Origin: a virus | Lineage: Duplodnaviria; Heunggongvirae; Uroviricota; Caudoviricetes | Virus record (IMG/VR): IMGVR_UViG_2602041671_000009 | Direction: 5' to 3' (one strand) | DNA length: 26,300 bases | In this document: positions 11,759-21,176 of the stretch, in pieces | Layout: each line of letters begins with the position of its first letter | Position numbering within the stretch: position 1 is the stretch's first letter | Program-made: the position numbers and the translations under genes | Notes under the pieces: model-generated | What the model saw: only the letters and a program-made list of their open reading frames with translations | The model's database searches: none | Told to the model about the DNA's origin: nothing

Positions 11759-11953
11759 ATGTCAACGAAGAACAGAACCCGCAGAACAACAACCCGCAAC
11801 ATCCGTTTTCCTAACCAAATGATTGAACAAATTAACATCGCTCTTGATCAAAAAGGGTCCGGGAATTTCTCAGCCTGGGTCATTGAAGCCTGCCGTCGGA
11901 GGCTAACGTCAGAAAAGAGAGCATATACATCAATTAAAAGTGATGAAGAATGA
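11759..11953 (+). CDS. small hypothetical protein (YlcI-like, DLP12-type)
   Basis: 64-aa ORF, MSTKNRTRRTTTRNIRFPNQMIEQINIALDQKGSGNFSAWVIEACRRRL...; position between bor and Nu1 matches the DLP12 gene order as I recall it. Confidence 0.45.
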   Translation: MSTKNRTRRTTTRNIRFPNQMIEQINIALDQKGSGNFSAWVIEACRRRLTSEKRAYTSIKSDEE

Positions 11954-12117
11954 ACATCCCGCGTTCTTCCCTCCGAACAGGACGATATTGTAAATTCACT
12001 TAATTACGAGGGCATTGCAGTAATTGAGTTGCAGTTTTACCACTTTCCTGACAGTGACAGACTGCGTGTTGGCTCTGTCACAGGTTAAGTAGTTTGAATG
12101 ATTAGCAGTTATGGTGA

Positions 12118-12324
12118 TCAGTCAACCACCAGGGAATAATCCTTCATATTATTATCGTGCTTCACCAACGCTGCCTCAATTGCCCTGAATGCTTCCAGAG
12201 ACACCTTATGTTCTATACATGCAATTACAACATCAGGGTAACTCATAGAAATGGTGCTATTAAGCATATTTTTTACACGAATCAGATCCACGGAGGGATC
12301 ATCAGCAGATTGTTCTTTATTCAT
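12118..12324 (-). CDS. small hypothetical protein (YbcW-like)
   Basis: 68-aa ORF in an AT-rich moron segment; call is by size and position only. Confidence 0.4.
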
Positions 12325-12609
12325 TTTGTCGCTCCATGCGCTTGCTCTTCATCTAGCGGTTAAAATATTACTTCAAATCTTTCTGTATGAAGGTTTGAGC
12401 ACGTTGGCCTTACATACATCTGTCGGTTGTATTTCCCTCTAGAATGCCAGCAGGACCGCACTTTGTTACGCAACCAATACTATTAATTGAAAACATTCCT
12501 AATATTTGACATAAATCATCAACAAAACACAAAGAGGTCAGACCAGATTGAAGCGATAAAAACGATAATGCAAACTACGCGCCCTCGTATCACATGGAAG
12601 GTTTTACCA

Positions 12610-13020
12610 ATGGCTCAGGTTGCCATTTTTAAAGAAATATTCGATCAAGTGCGAAAAGATTTAAACTGTGAATTGTTTTATTCTGAACTAAAACGTCACA
12701 ATGTCTCACATTATATTTACTATCTAGCCACAGATAATATTCACATTGTGTTAGAAAACGATAACACCGTGTTAATAAAAGGACTTAAAAAGGTTGTAAA
12801 TGTTAAATTCTCAAGAAATACGCATCTTATAGAAACGTCCTATGATAGGTTGAAATCAAGAGAAATCACATTTCAGCAATACAGGGAAAATCTTGCTAAA
12901 GCAGGAGTTTTCCGATGGGTTACAAATATCCACGAACATAAAAGATATTACTATACCTTTGATAATTCATTACTATTTACTGAGAGCATTCAGAACACTA
13001 CACAAATCTTTCCACGCTAA
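12610..13020 (+). CDS. hypothetical protein (YbcV-like)
   Basis: ORF 12487-13020; the start chosen at ATG 12610 ([13 protein letters not shown]...) gives 136 aa, the length I recall for YbcV. Upstream in-frame ATGs exist. Confidence 0.45.
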   Translation: MAQVAIFKEIFDQVRKDLNCELFYSELKRHNVSHYIYYLATDNIHIVLENDNTVLIKGLKKVVNVKFSRNTHLIETSYDRLKSREITFQQYRENLAKAGVFRWVTNIHEHKRYYYTFDNSLLFTESIQNTTQIFPR

Positions 13021-13309
13021 ATCATAACGTCCGGTTTCTTCCGTGTCAGCACCGGGGTGTTGGCATAATACAATACGTGTACGCGCTAAACCCTGTGTGC
13101 ATCGTTTTTAATTATTCCCGGACACTCCCGCAGAGAAGTTCCCCGTCAGGCTGTGGACATAGTTAATCCGGGAATACAATGACGATTCATCGCACCTGGC
13201 ATACATTAATAAATATTAACAATATGAAATTTCAACTCATTGTTTAGGGTTTGTTTAATTTTCTACACATACGATTCTGCGAACTTCAAAAAGCATCGGG
13301 AATAACACC

Positions 13310-13603
13310 ATGAAAAAAATGCTACTCGCTACTGCGCTGGCCCTGCTTATTACAGGATGTGCTCAACAGACATTTACTGTTCAAAACAAACAGACAGCAG
13401 TAGCACCAAAGGAAACCATCACCCATCATTTCTTCGTTTCTGGAATTGGGCAGAAGAAAACTGTCGATGCAGCTAAAATTTGTGGCGGCGCAGAAAATGT
13501 TGTTAAAACAGAAACCCAGCAAACATTCGTAAATGGATTGCTCGGTTTTATTACTTTAGGCATTTATACTCCGCTGGAAGCGCGTGTGTATTGCTCAAAA
13601 TAA
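13310..13603 (+). CDS. bor: Bor lipoprotein (serum-resistance family)
   Basis: 97-aa ORF, MKKMLLATALALLITGC (lipobox) AQQTFTVQNKQTAVAPKETITHHFFVSGIGQKKTVDAAKICGG..., lambda Bor-like. Opposite strand to the lysis genes, as in lambda. Confidence 0.85.
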   Translation: MKKMLLATALALLITGCAQQTFTVQNKQTAVAPKETITHHFFVSGIGQKKTVDAAKICGGAENVVKTETQQTFVNGLLGFITLGIYTPLEARVYCSK

Positions 13604-13634
13604 TTGCATGAGTTGCCCATCGATATGGTCAGCT

Positions 13635-14107
13635 CTATCTGCACTGCTCATTAATATACTTCTGGGTTCCTTCCAGTTGTTTTTGCATAGTGATCAGCCT
13701 CTCTCTGAGGGTGAAATAATCCCGTTCAGCGGTGTCTGCCAGTCGGGGGGAGGCTGCATTATCCACGCCGGAGGCGTGGTGGCTTCACGCACTGACTGAC
13801 AGACTGCTTTGATGTGCAACCGACGACGACCAGCGGCAACATCATCACGCAGAGCATCATTTTCAGCTTTCGCATCAGCTAACTCCTTCGTGTATTTTGC
13901 ATCGAGCGCAGCAACATCACGCTGACGCATCTGCATGTCAGTAATTGCCGCGTTCGCTAGCTTCAGTTCTCTGGCATTTTTGTCGCGCTGGGCTTTGTAG
14001 GCGATTGCGTTATCACGGTAATGATTGACCGCCCATGACAGGCTGACGATGATGCAGATAATCAGAGCGGATATAATCGCGGTTACTCTGCTCACTGTTG
14101 CCCCCAC
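13635..14107 (-). pseudogene. Rz: i-spanin Rz, frameshifted
   Basis: ORF 13694-14107 matches lambda Rz up to ...CQSVREATT, then reads a proline-rich Rz1-type tail ([26 protein letters not shown]). The expected Rz C-terminus ([21 protein letters not shown]) is encoded in another frame ending at 13635-13637. Confidence 0.6.
13759..13875 (-). pseudogene. Rz1: o-spanin Rz1 remnant (truncated by the same indel)
   Basis: Embedded frame begins [20 protein letters not shown] (lipobox) but stops after about 38 codons. The remaining proline-rich Rz1 sequence is in the Rz frame. Confidence 0.45.
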
Positions 14108-14589
14108 AAACAGACTTCACGCTCAATCTCACGACGAGTCATCAGGCCTTTCCATTGCTTACCGCCAGCGTATGTCCAGCGACGCAGCTGATCACATGCG
14201 CCTTTGATATCGCCCTGGTTTATTTTGCGAAGAAGCGTCGATGTTCTAAAATTGCCAGCACCCACATTGTAAACGAATGAGTAAAGAGCGCCGCGCGTTG
14301 TTTCCGGTATATCGACTTTGATATACGGGTTAATTTGTCTGGCGACAGTGGCAAGGTCTTTATTCAAGAGTGCTTTGCATTCTGCTTTGGTATACGTTTT
14401 ACCGAGCATGATGTCTTTTCCGGTGTGTCCGTGACATACAGTCCATACACCAACAATATCTTTGTATGGTATGTAGCTGACACCTTCCAGACCATCGTTA
14501 CCACTTGGGCCAGTGATTAACACTGATGCTATAGCAATTGCTCCGCCACCAATAGCAGCAGCAACGGCTTTTCGTAATGATGGAGGCAT
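14092..14589 (-). CDS. SAR endolysin (phage 21 R-like lysozyme)
   Basis: 165-aa ORF with a G/A-rich weakly hydrophobic N-terminus ([18 protein letters not shown]), then the [24 protein letters not shown] catalytic region. Start overlaps the holin stop. Confidence 0.82.
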
Positions 14590-14804
14590 TATTCACCTCT
14601 CGCAGCCTTGCGCTTATCTTCTTTAATCTTGAAATAAAGGTTTGTCAGGTACGTCAGCAGGCCAAATACCAGGCTACCCAGCACACCTATTGCTGCCCAC
14701 TGTGAGGGAGTGACTTTATCGAGCAGCTGTAAAAACCAGTAACCGGCACTACCTGCTGAGGTGCCATAGGCGACTCCAGTTGTTAACTTATCCATGAATT
14801 TCAT
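14589..14804 (-). CDS. pinholin (phage 21 S-like), dual-start motif
   Basis: 71-aa product [30 protein letters not shown]... with Met1/Met4 dual start, two TMDs and a charged C-terminus. GAGGTG Shine-Dalgarno precedes ATG at 14804. The ORF-track start at 14849 is probably too far upstream. Confidence 0.78.
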
Positions 14805-15301
14805 AACCCCACCTCGCAGACAAAGCGGGTGTAAATTGAGGGAATACAACGTATCGCAAAAAAGCAGAAACGTAACTGACTCCGAGTCAGTGAATAACTC
14901 AGGTATTGAGTTATCAGCTAATATCGAGACTCAAAAAATGGAAAAACCAGCTCGACGGCGGGTTTAAGCTGTGTGACGAAGTAACCACTCTTAACAGCAT
15001 AACCAATTTTTTACGTACGTAAACCACTGAATGATATTTATGAGAATGCTACCGAGTGTTCAAAACATCACCACAAATACATAAGAAAACCTCAACAAAT
15101 AACCAATAAATAATTTCCAGTGTTATTTTTAGCCGGTTTAAATTAAATAGACGAATTATAGAACCACCATAAATAACAGCCATTAATATAAATTAGCTAA
15201 TAGATTTATTTTTGTTCAAATAAGAGCCATAAATAGGTTTCGATAGAAAAAGTTCAGATAAAAATAGAGATCTACTTCACAAATTAAATGAGAAACTAAA
15301 A

Positions 15302-15321
15302 CTTACATCTTGAAATAATCA
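15302..15321 (+). promoter_or_regulatory. possible OmpR-box-like element upstream of the porin gene
   Basis: CTTACATCTTGAAATAATCA resembles ompC-type OmpR sites (TTTACATTTTGAAACATCTA) as I recall them. Weak, pattern-based. Confidence 0.25.
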
Positions 15322-15391
15322 CATTGATTAGATGAATATTTATCGCGCAGTGACATCATTTTTTAATAATAGTTCAAAAAAAGGGCTCACG

Positions 15392-16489
15392 ATGAAAAAA
15401 TTAACAGTGGCAATTTCTGCTGTAGCTGCATCAGTACTGATGGCGATGTCTGCTCAGGCAGCTGAAATTTATAATAAAGACAGTAACAAGCTGGATCTGT
15501 ACGGGAAAGTTAATGCCAAGCACTACTTTTCCTCTAACGATGCAGATGATGGTGATACTACTTATGTTCGTCTGGGCTTCAAAGGCGAAACCCAAATCAA
15601 CGATCAGCTGACTGGTTTCGGTCAGTGGGAATATGAATTCAAAGGCAACCGCGCTGAATCTCAAGGTTCCTCCAAAGACAAAACCCGTCTTGCATTTGCA
15701 GGCCTGAAATTCGGTGACTACGGCTCAATCGATTACGGCCGTAACTACGGTGTAGCATACGACATCGGTGCGTGGACTGACGTTCTGCCAGAATTCGGTG
15801 GCGATACCTGGACCCAAACAGATGTGTTCATGACTGGTCGCACCACTGGTGTTGCAACCTATCGTAACAACGACTTCTTTGGTCTGGTTGATGGTCTGAA
15901 CTTTGCTGCTCAGTACCAAGGCAAAAACGATCGTAGCGATTTCGATAACTACACCGAAGGTAACGGTGATGGCTTCGGTTTCTCTGCTACCTATGAATAC
16001 GAAGGATTCGGTATCGGTGCAACTTATGCGAAATCTGATCGTACCGACACTCAAGTTAATGCAGGGAAAGTTCTTCCTGAAGTATTTGCTTCCGGTAAAA
16101 ATGCAGAAGTTTGGGCCGCAGGTCTGAAATATGACGCTAACAACATTTACCTGGCCACTACCTATTCTGAAACCCAGAATATGACTGTATTTGCTGATCA
16201 CTTCGTTGCTAATAAAGCTCAAAACTTCGAAGCTGTTGCACAATATCAGTTCGATTTCGGTCTGCGTCCGTCCGTTGCTTACCTGCAATCTAAAGGTAAG
16301 GATCTTGGAGTATGGGGCGATCAGGACTTAGTCAAATATGTTGATGTAGGTGCAACCTATTACTTCAACAAAAATATGTCTACTTTCGTTGATTACAAAA
16401 TCAACCTGCTTGACAAAAATGACTTCACTAAAGCACTCGGTGTAAGCACTGATGACATCGTTGCTGTAGGTCTGGTTTACCAGTTCTAA
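15392..16489 (+). CDS. OmpC-family general porin (prophage-encoded, NmpC/Lc-like)
   Basis: ATG at 15392 with AAGGG upstream. Signal peptide [23 protein letters not shown], mature N-terminus [18 protein letters not shown]-terminal ...VGLVYQF. The ORF-track start at 15332 adds a non-native N-extension. Confidence 0.88.
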   Translation: MKKLTVAISAVAASVLMAMSAQAAEIYNKDSNKLDLYGKVNAKHYFSSNDADDGDTTYVRLGFKGETQINDQLTGFGQWEYEFKGNRAESQGSSKDKTRLAFAGLKFGDYGSIDYGRNYGVAYDIGAWTDVLPEFGGDTWTQTDVFMTGRTTGVATYRNNDFFGLVDGLNFAAQYQGKNDRSDFDNYTEGNGDGFGFSATYEYEGFGIGATYAKSDRTDTQVNAGKVLPEVFASGKNAEVWAAGLKYDANNIYLATTYSETQNMTVFADHFVANKAQNFEAVAQYQFDFGLRPSVAYLQSKGKDLGVWGDQDLVKYVDVGATYYFNKNMSTFVDYKINLLDKNDFTKALGVSTDDIVAVGLVYQF

Positions 16490-16653
16490 TCTGATTACGA
16501 AAAAGATATGTTGCGGGAGGCGTTGCCTCCCCAACATATAAGTGGCTCCCTCAAGCCACTTCCTTTAGGAGCACAACCTTGCTTCTAACTATATAAACCT
16601 TCTGTTATATATTACCCTTTATTTTTGGGGGCGTTGCAACGCCCCATTTTTAA
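16490..16653 (+). ncRNA. possible IpeX-like sRNA / porin 3' UTR with intrinsic terminator
   Basis: Hairpin GGGAGGCGTTGCCTCCC just after the porin stop, and palindrome GGGGCGTTGCAACGCCCC at 16628-16645 followed by ATTTTTAAT. In DLP12 an sRNA is reported near the nmpC 3' end; assignment here is by position only. Confidence 0.3.
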
Positions 16654-16678
16654 TAACTTTCAGTAAACAATTGGCATA

Positions 16679-17062
16679 TTAATTAGAGTTATTAACAACG
16701 ATATCCATCTCTAACCGGATATCTAATGCCATTAACATCCCTTCAATTATGCCCTCAGCCTTCTGTAACCTTTTCCCGATATAACCATCAGAGCAGCAAT
16801 GCTTACCTGCCAGTGACATGAATGTCATACCGACTACATAATAATCTACTAATAAATCGTGCAAATCGCTGTTGTTCTTTTTCAGACGGGCCATGCACCC
16901 GCAAATGATCATCGCGTCATCGTCACAACATTGCGGGCGAGATTTTACTTTTGAAGGAATTAATCCCTTAAAACCGGCGGCAATGGACGACCAGGTCACA
17001 TCTTCATGATTATTAGCCGCCCACGCTCCCCAACGTTCAAGAACCATCTGAATATCACGCAT
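16679..17062 (-). CDS. Q: late antiterminator Q (QuuD-like)
   Basis: 127-aa product from ATG 17062 ([26 protein letters not shown]...CGCMARLKK...) with GGAG about 9 nt upstream. Note the frame is open upstream into the methyltransferase. Confidence 0.75.
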   Translation of the reverse strand: MRDIQMVLERWGAWAANNHEDVTWSSIAAGFKGLIPSKVKSRPQCCDDDAMIICGCMARLKKNNSDLHDLLVDYYVVGMTFMSLAGKHCCSDGYIGKRLQKAEGIIEGMLMALDIRLEMDIVVNNSN

Positions 17063-17797
17063 TAACTTTCTCCACAAAATCAGGCCAGCACACCAATCGC
17101 CAGTGCGCGATCGATAAAACGAAATATCAGCTCCAGCTGGGAGCCATGCCGCCATCTCCCTGACCAGTTTTTCCGCCTGCTGGCGAACCTGCGCCAGAAA
17201 GGCCTCACCACATGCCTCAAGTTCATCGCGCCCGATGTAGCTGATTGCCGGTCCCTTCCAGGTCTTGTCGAAAACAGCAATAGCACCAGCGAAGAAAGCG
17301 CCTGTCGGCACCTGCTTCTCGTCCTTCGGGATAAACCAGGCTGGCAGTTCAAAACCAATACGCCCGCGAATAAAAGCAATATGGTCTGCATCTTCCGGCC
17401 ACCAAACTTCGCTGGTGGCAGCTTTGATCAGGAAAACATAGCGCCCGCCTTTATCACGCATGGCACTGGCATGCTTCATGATGTAACGCATGCCGGTGAT
17501 GTATTGCCCCTCATGCTGACTGGCGCGGCTGTACGGGGGATTACCAAAGGCAGCACCTTTAAGCTCCGCAAGACGTTCTGACCAGTCATGCGCCAGCGCG
17601 TTGTCTTCCGCAGTGTAATAAGCGGCGCATTTGGCGTTATCACCATCAGTAAACAGATCCAGAACAAACGGGCCAAACAGGGTGTTAATTCCCCAGAAAA
17701 TGTTGTCCGGCGTGCGCCACTGATCGCCCACTTCCTTCAGTTCATGGGCTGGTTTGTTCCGCAGCTCCACCAGCGCCTGGCAATATTTATTACTCAT
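17063..17797 (-). CDS. phage Dam-like N6-adenine DNA methyltransferase, in-frame continuous with Q
   Basis: Product [72 protein letters not shown]...FGNPPYSR (NPPY amino-MTase motif). No stop codon separates it from the Q codons; ORF 16679-17830 is one 383-aa frame. Confidence 0.65.
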
Positions 17798-18291
17798 TAA
17801 GCCCCCACGTAATTCCCTGACAGATACCACTCTTCACCCGATGCAGCGCGCTTGCTGCTTTTCCGTAAACACCGCTCACGACGCGCAAGAAAATTGTTTC
17901 GCTCTTGCTGGGAGTGGCTTTCACGGAATGCCGCCATCCACACCGTTGCAGCACGACGGTATAAGCCCCTGGACTCCAGTTCTTCCGCCTGGCGGGTCAG
18001 GCACAAAATCACCCGGGGATCGTTAGTGCCGACATAGAAATTGCGCACAGGTCTGGATTCACGAACTGGTTGCGGTTCCGGCTCCTGCGGTATCTCAGTT
18101 AGCCGCGGGAAATGTCTGCGTGTATCCCCTTCACAACGGTGAGCCACACGCCCACTCTGACGTAACTTGCTTGCTGACTGCAGAACGCGCTGTCGTGAGT
18201 AACCTGCAAAAGCATCCGCAATGTCTCCGGAAGTACACCCCGGATGGGCTTCAATGAATTTCTGAACGTCATTCAAAAGACTCATGATCAC
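17797..18291 (-). CDS. hypothetical early protein (YfdN-like; PerC-like C-terminal motif)
   Basis: 164-aa ORF, translationally coupled on both sides. C-terminal [18 protein letters not shown]...[13 protein letters not shown] resembles PerC-family motifs. Confidence 0.4.
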   Translation of the reverse strand: MIMSLLNDVQKFIEAHPGCTSGDIADAFAGYSRQRVLQSASKLRQSGRVAHRCEGDTRRHFPRLTEIPQEPEPQPVRESRPVRNFYVGTNDPRVILCLTRQAEELESRGLYRRAATVWMAAFRESHSQQERNNFLARRERCLRKSSKRAASGEEWYLSGNYVGA

Positions 18292-18641
18292 CCCCTGAAT
18301 CCTGCCGGGATCTGGCTGTAGTCCACGTTGTCGTAACTGGCTTTGAAGTACGGGTCTTCGCGTTTTTCGGTGTACGTGCTGACGGACGGCGATAAGCGCA
18401 GGGAAAGCTCATCCCATTTTTCCCGCAGCTTCGACGGGCTGAGCACGTTACGGCACCAGAACGGATCGCGACTGACGCGGCTGTACATCTCGCAGATTTG
18501 TTTATGAGTACGACCATCCTGCACACACATCAGGCGAATTTCGTTTGCCCAGGCTGTCCAGTTCGGTTCTTTGGGACGAACCACCTCGCCGTCACATTCG
18601 GCGGCATGCTCGTACAGGGCGATGATTTTTTCCAGAGCCAC
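18288..18641 (-). CDS. hypothetical protein, possibly a detached C-terminal part of the replication initiator (YfdO-like)
   Basis: 117-codon frame beginning at GTG 18641, only 10 nt downstream of the initiator stop; no motif recognised. Confidence 0.35.
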   Translation of the reverse strand: MALEKIIALYEHAAECDGEVVRPKEPNWTAWANEIRLMCVQDGRTHKQICEMYSRVSRDPFWCRNVLSPSKLREKWDELSLRLSPSVSTYTEKREDPYFKASYDNVDYSQIPAGFRG

Positions 18642-18651
18642 TGTGCGCAGG

Positions 18652-19227
18652 TCAAATCATCCTGTGTCCCCCACTGGCGCTTTTTAGGCTGAATACAACC
18701 GCATCAGGATGGCGAGTTAAAAAATCCTGTTCAGCCGTCTGCGTGTCCGGTTGCGAAGAGTCCGGACGAGAAGGTTTTTTATCTGACGGATCATGTTTTG
18801 ATTTTACTGACGGATCCCCGCCAGATTCTGACGGGTGAAAACCCGCTTTTTTGCCAGATTTCGACGCATCAAATTTTGACGGGTCAGATTTTGATGCGTC
18901 AGATTTTGACGGGTCAGAATCTGACAGTTGAGAAAATGCCGCTGCCTGAAGCTTCGCAACGTTAAGCTGATAAACATTCGACGCATTGCGGTTACCCTGG
19001 CGACGCGCCTTACGCGTTAACCAGCCTTCTGCTTCCAGCCGTGCGATAGCCGTTCTGACGGTACTCATCCCCGCGCCAATCTGGCGGGCAATGGTTTCAA
19101 TCGATGGCCAGCACACACCTTCGTCATTACTGAAATCAGCCAGGCGGGCCATAATTGCCACGCTGGATAATTTCATGCCTGACGCTGCGCAACCATCCCA
19201 TACATAGCCGGTTAATTTAGTGCTCAT
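18652..19227 (-). CDS. replication initiator-like protein (N-terminal winged-HTH), iterons within the coding sequence
   Basis: 191-aa ORF with HTH segment WPSIETIARQIGAGMSTVRTAIARLEAEGWLTRKARR, followed by a low-complexity DPSKSDASKSDPSKFDASKSG linker encoded by tandem DNA repeats. Confidence 0.55.
   Translation of the reverse strand: MSTKLTGYVWDGCAASGMKLSSVAIMARLADFSNDEGVCWPSIETIARQIGAGMSTVRTAIARLEAEGWLTRKARRQGNRNASNVYQLNVAKLQAAAFSQLSDSDPSKSDASKSDPSKFDASKSGKKAGFHPSESGGDPSVKSKHDPSDKKPSRPDSSQPDTQTAEQDFLTRHPDAVVFSLKSASGGHRMI
18784..18931. repeat. iteron-like direct repeats (putative prophage ori)
   Basis: About eight copies of a TGACGG(G/A)TCA-containing unit. The last four are spaced 14-16 bp apart (ATTTTGACGGGTCAG / ATTTTGATGCGTCAG / ATTTTGACGGGTCAG / AATCTGACAGTTGAG). 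Confidence 0.55.
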
Positions 19228-19236
19228 GACCGACCT

Positions 19237-19575
19237 CTATTTCCCTGAATTTACGACGAAACTGTTCGAGCGGACTGAAGCACTCATGCTCATAGCCTTC
19301 GCGGAGGTAGATAACCCGTTGTGTTTCCGGTTCCCAACGAATGACTCTGACGGGCACTCCGTAGTGATCTTTGAACCAGCGGTTAACTTGTCGCAAAGGA
19401 CTGTCTCCTTCTGCCGGTTGAAATCCCCCACAGCCCACTCTGCAAAGCTGTGGGTTACAATTTCCCTGTCACCTGGTACATTCACTGCATAGCAATATTC
19501 CACCTTCGCTTTTCCACCCGGTACAGGAAGCGCAATCAGTTGCGAGCGACGGTAGTGTGTTGTTAAACTGTTCAT
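19237..19575 (-). CDS. hypothetical early protein (possibly frameshifted; overlaps a second frame at 19217-19438)
   Basis: 112-codon ORF with ATGA coupling to the upstream gene. A second overlapping 73-codon frame also looks protein-like, so an indel is possible. Confidence 0.3.
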   Translation of the reverse strand: MNSLTTHYRRSQLIALPVPGGKAKVEYCYAVNVPGDREIVTHSFAEWAVGDFNRQKETVLCDKLTAGSKITTECPSESFVGNRKHNGLSTSAKAMSMSASVRSNSFVVNSGK

Positions 19576-20141
19576 GCGTTAGTTTCTCCACAACCAGAAG
19601 CAATCGACGCCACGACGCCCGGAGCTGCACACTCGCGGGCGTCATTACTTTCTGAAATGCAAAAGATTTTGTAGACCAGTGCTGCATGCTCCTGCAGCTT
19701 CGAAATTGAGAGATACAGCTCGTCGTTAATTGCTGTCTTCTCATGCGGTTCCACTACACCGTCTTCGATTGCTGAACGAATCTGTTTTGAATAACTGCCG
19801 ATCTGTTCAATGACTTCCAGCAGACGCTGGTTAATATCGGCGTTGTCCACATCCTCGACGTCAGGAAGCGACACAAAGACGCCATTTGCAGACTGCGCCA
19901 CAGCATCAGCAATGAAGTGAGTGCCACCAGCACGCTGTAAAACCATTGCCCATCCCAGCGGGAAAATCTGATCGCCATCTGCACGAAGGCGGTTGAATAA
20001 AGCGTTTTCTGTTACATCGAGCCAGTCAGCCGCTTCAGCGTAACCACCCGGCAACGCCGCGATAGTTTTTCTGACAGCTTTCACGTACCACTCAGGCTGT
20101 TTTTCTATTTTCCAGTGATGCTTACCCACGATTAGCCTCAT
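19572..20141 (-). CDS. hypothetical early regulator at the cII position (possibly YdaT-family)
   Basis: 189-aa ORF immediately downstream of the cro-like gene; no motif recognised with confidence. Confidence 0.35.
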   Translation of the reverse strand: MRLIVGKHHWKIEKQPEWYVKAVRKTIAALPGGYAEAADWLDVTENALFNRLRADGDQIFPLGWAMVLQRAGGTHFIADAVAQSANGVFVSLPDVEDVDNADINQRLLEVIEQIGSYSKQIRSAIEDGVVEPHEKTAINDELYLSISKLQEHAALVYKIFCISESNDARECAAPGVVASIASGCGETNA

Positions 20142-20172
20142 CGTTCTGTGGTTAAAAATTGAAAGTGTTCTG

Positions 20173-20373
20173 CTAATCTTTCGGATAGATATCCGGTCTT
20201 AAGTCAGATTTCGTAATTGCACCTGACGTGCATTGCTCAAGTTTTTTAGCCAGCACAAAACTGGCTTTTTTATAGCCATTGAAAACCAGCCGTAAGTAGC
20301 CAGGTGTTGAGCCAACTTTTCCGGCCAACTCGCCCTGCTGTTCTTTGGTTAAAGAGTCCCAATACGCTTTCAT
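20173..20373 (-). CDS. cro: Cro-like / YdaS-family HTH regulator
   Basis: 66-aa product from ATG 20373 (MKAYWDSLTKEQQGELAGKVGSTPGYLRLVFNGYKKASFVLAKKLEQCTSGAITKSDLRPDIYPKD) with GGAGG upstream; divergent from the repressor gene. The longer ORF-track frame to 20676 would overlap cI. Confidence 0.65.
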   Translation of the reverse strand: MKAYWDSLTKEQQGELAGKVGSTPGYLRLVFNGYKKASFVLAKKLEQCTSGAITKSDLRPDIYPKD

Positions 20374-20463
20374 ACAATATGTACCTCCGGTGTACATATT
20401 ACATGATTGAAATGAACCTTCAAGATACTTGTACCTTAACGGTACAAGGGTTTTAATTTCGTT
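20374..20463. promoter_or_regulatory. divergent cI/cro control region with palindromic operators
   Basis: Perfect inverted repeat CTTGTACC-TTAAC-GGTACAAG at 20428-20448 and near-perfect CAATATGTAC-(7 nt)-GTACATATTA at 20375-20401; both are built on TGTAC half-sites. Confidence 0.55.
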
Positions 20464-21138
20464 ATGAAAACAATCCATGACATCCGGCGGTCTAACGCCA
20501 GAAAACTGAGAGATGGTGTTGGAGGGAATTCTTCCTTTGCCACTATGATTGATCGCGAGCCAACCCAGACCAGCAGGTTTATGGGAGATGGTGCTACTAA
20601 AAATATCGGTGACAGCATGGCACGACACATCGAAAAATGTTTCGACCTGCCTGTCGGATGGCTCGATCAAGAACACCAGACAACGAACATCACAAAAAAA
20701 CCTGATGTTTCAATCACTAATAAACAAATCACATTAGTCCCTGTCATATCATGGGTACAGGCCGGAGCATGGAAAGAAGTTGGATATTCTGAGGTTGATT
20801 TGAGCACAGCAGAAACGTATCCCTGCCCTGTACCCTGTGGGGAAATGACTTATATCTTGCGGGTGATAGGTGATTCAATGATTGATGAGTACCGCCCGGG
20901 AGACATGATTTTTGTCGATCCTGAAGTACCTGCCTGCCACGGTGACGACGTTATTGCATTGATGCACGATACAGGTGAAACCACCTTCAAAAGGTTGATA
21001 GAAGATGGGACACAGCGTTATCTCAAAGCGTTAAACCCAAACTGGCCTGAGCCTTACATTAAGATCAACGGTAATTGCTCTATAATTGGAACTGTGATTT
21101 TCTCAGGAAAACCAAGAAGATACAAAATCAAAGCCTAA
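20464..21138 (+). CDS. cI: CI-type prophage repressor (HTH plus S24 LexA-like peptidase domain)
   Basis: 224-aa ORF with N-terminal HTH and C-terminal GDSM (Ser) ... FSGK (Lys) autocleavage dyad; essentially no SD before the ATG. Confidence 0.8.
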   Translation: MKTIHDIRRSNARKLRDGVGGNSSFATMIDREPTQTSRFMGDGATKNIGDSMARHIEKCFDLPVGWLDQEHQTTNITKKPDVSITNKQITLVPVISWVQAGAWKEVGYSEVDLSTAETYPCPVPCGEMTYILRVIGDSMIDEYRPGDMIFVDPEVPACHGDDVIALMHDTGETTFKRLIEDGTQRYLKALNPNWPEPYIKINGNCSIIGTVIFSGKPRRYKIKA

Positions 21139-21150
21139 TCAATGTTTATG

Positions 21151-21174
21151 AACCTGCTTCGGCAGGTTTTTTAT
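21151..21174 (+). terminator. intrinsic terminator downstream of cI
   Basis: AACCTGC-TTCG-GCAGGTT hairpin followed by a T-run, 13 nt after the cI stop. Confidence 0.65.
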
Positions 21175-21176
21175 AC

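Noticed and set aside
14876-14890. 15-bp palindrome CTGACTCCGAGTCAG upstream of the holin
   Set aside because: Short, single copy, and no recognisable promoter or qut context could be assigned. Noted only.
16490-16678. Explicit pR' promoter and qut site calls downstream of Q
   Set aside because: A late promoter must exist here by position, but no unambiguous -35/-10 pair could be read on the minus strand, so no coordinates are asserted.
18784-18931. Tandem short repeats that could be mistaken for a CRISPR array
   Set aside because: Units are only about 15 bp, have no unique spacers, lie inside a coding sequence, and are better explained as replication-origin iterons.
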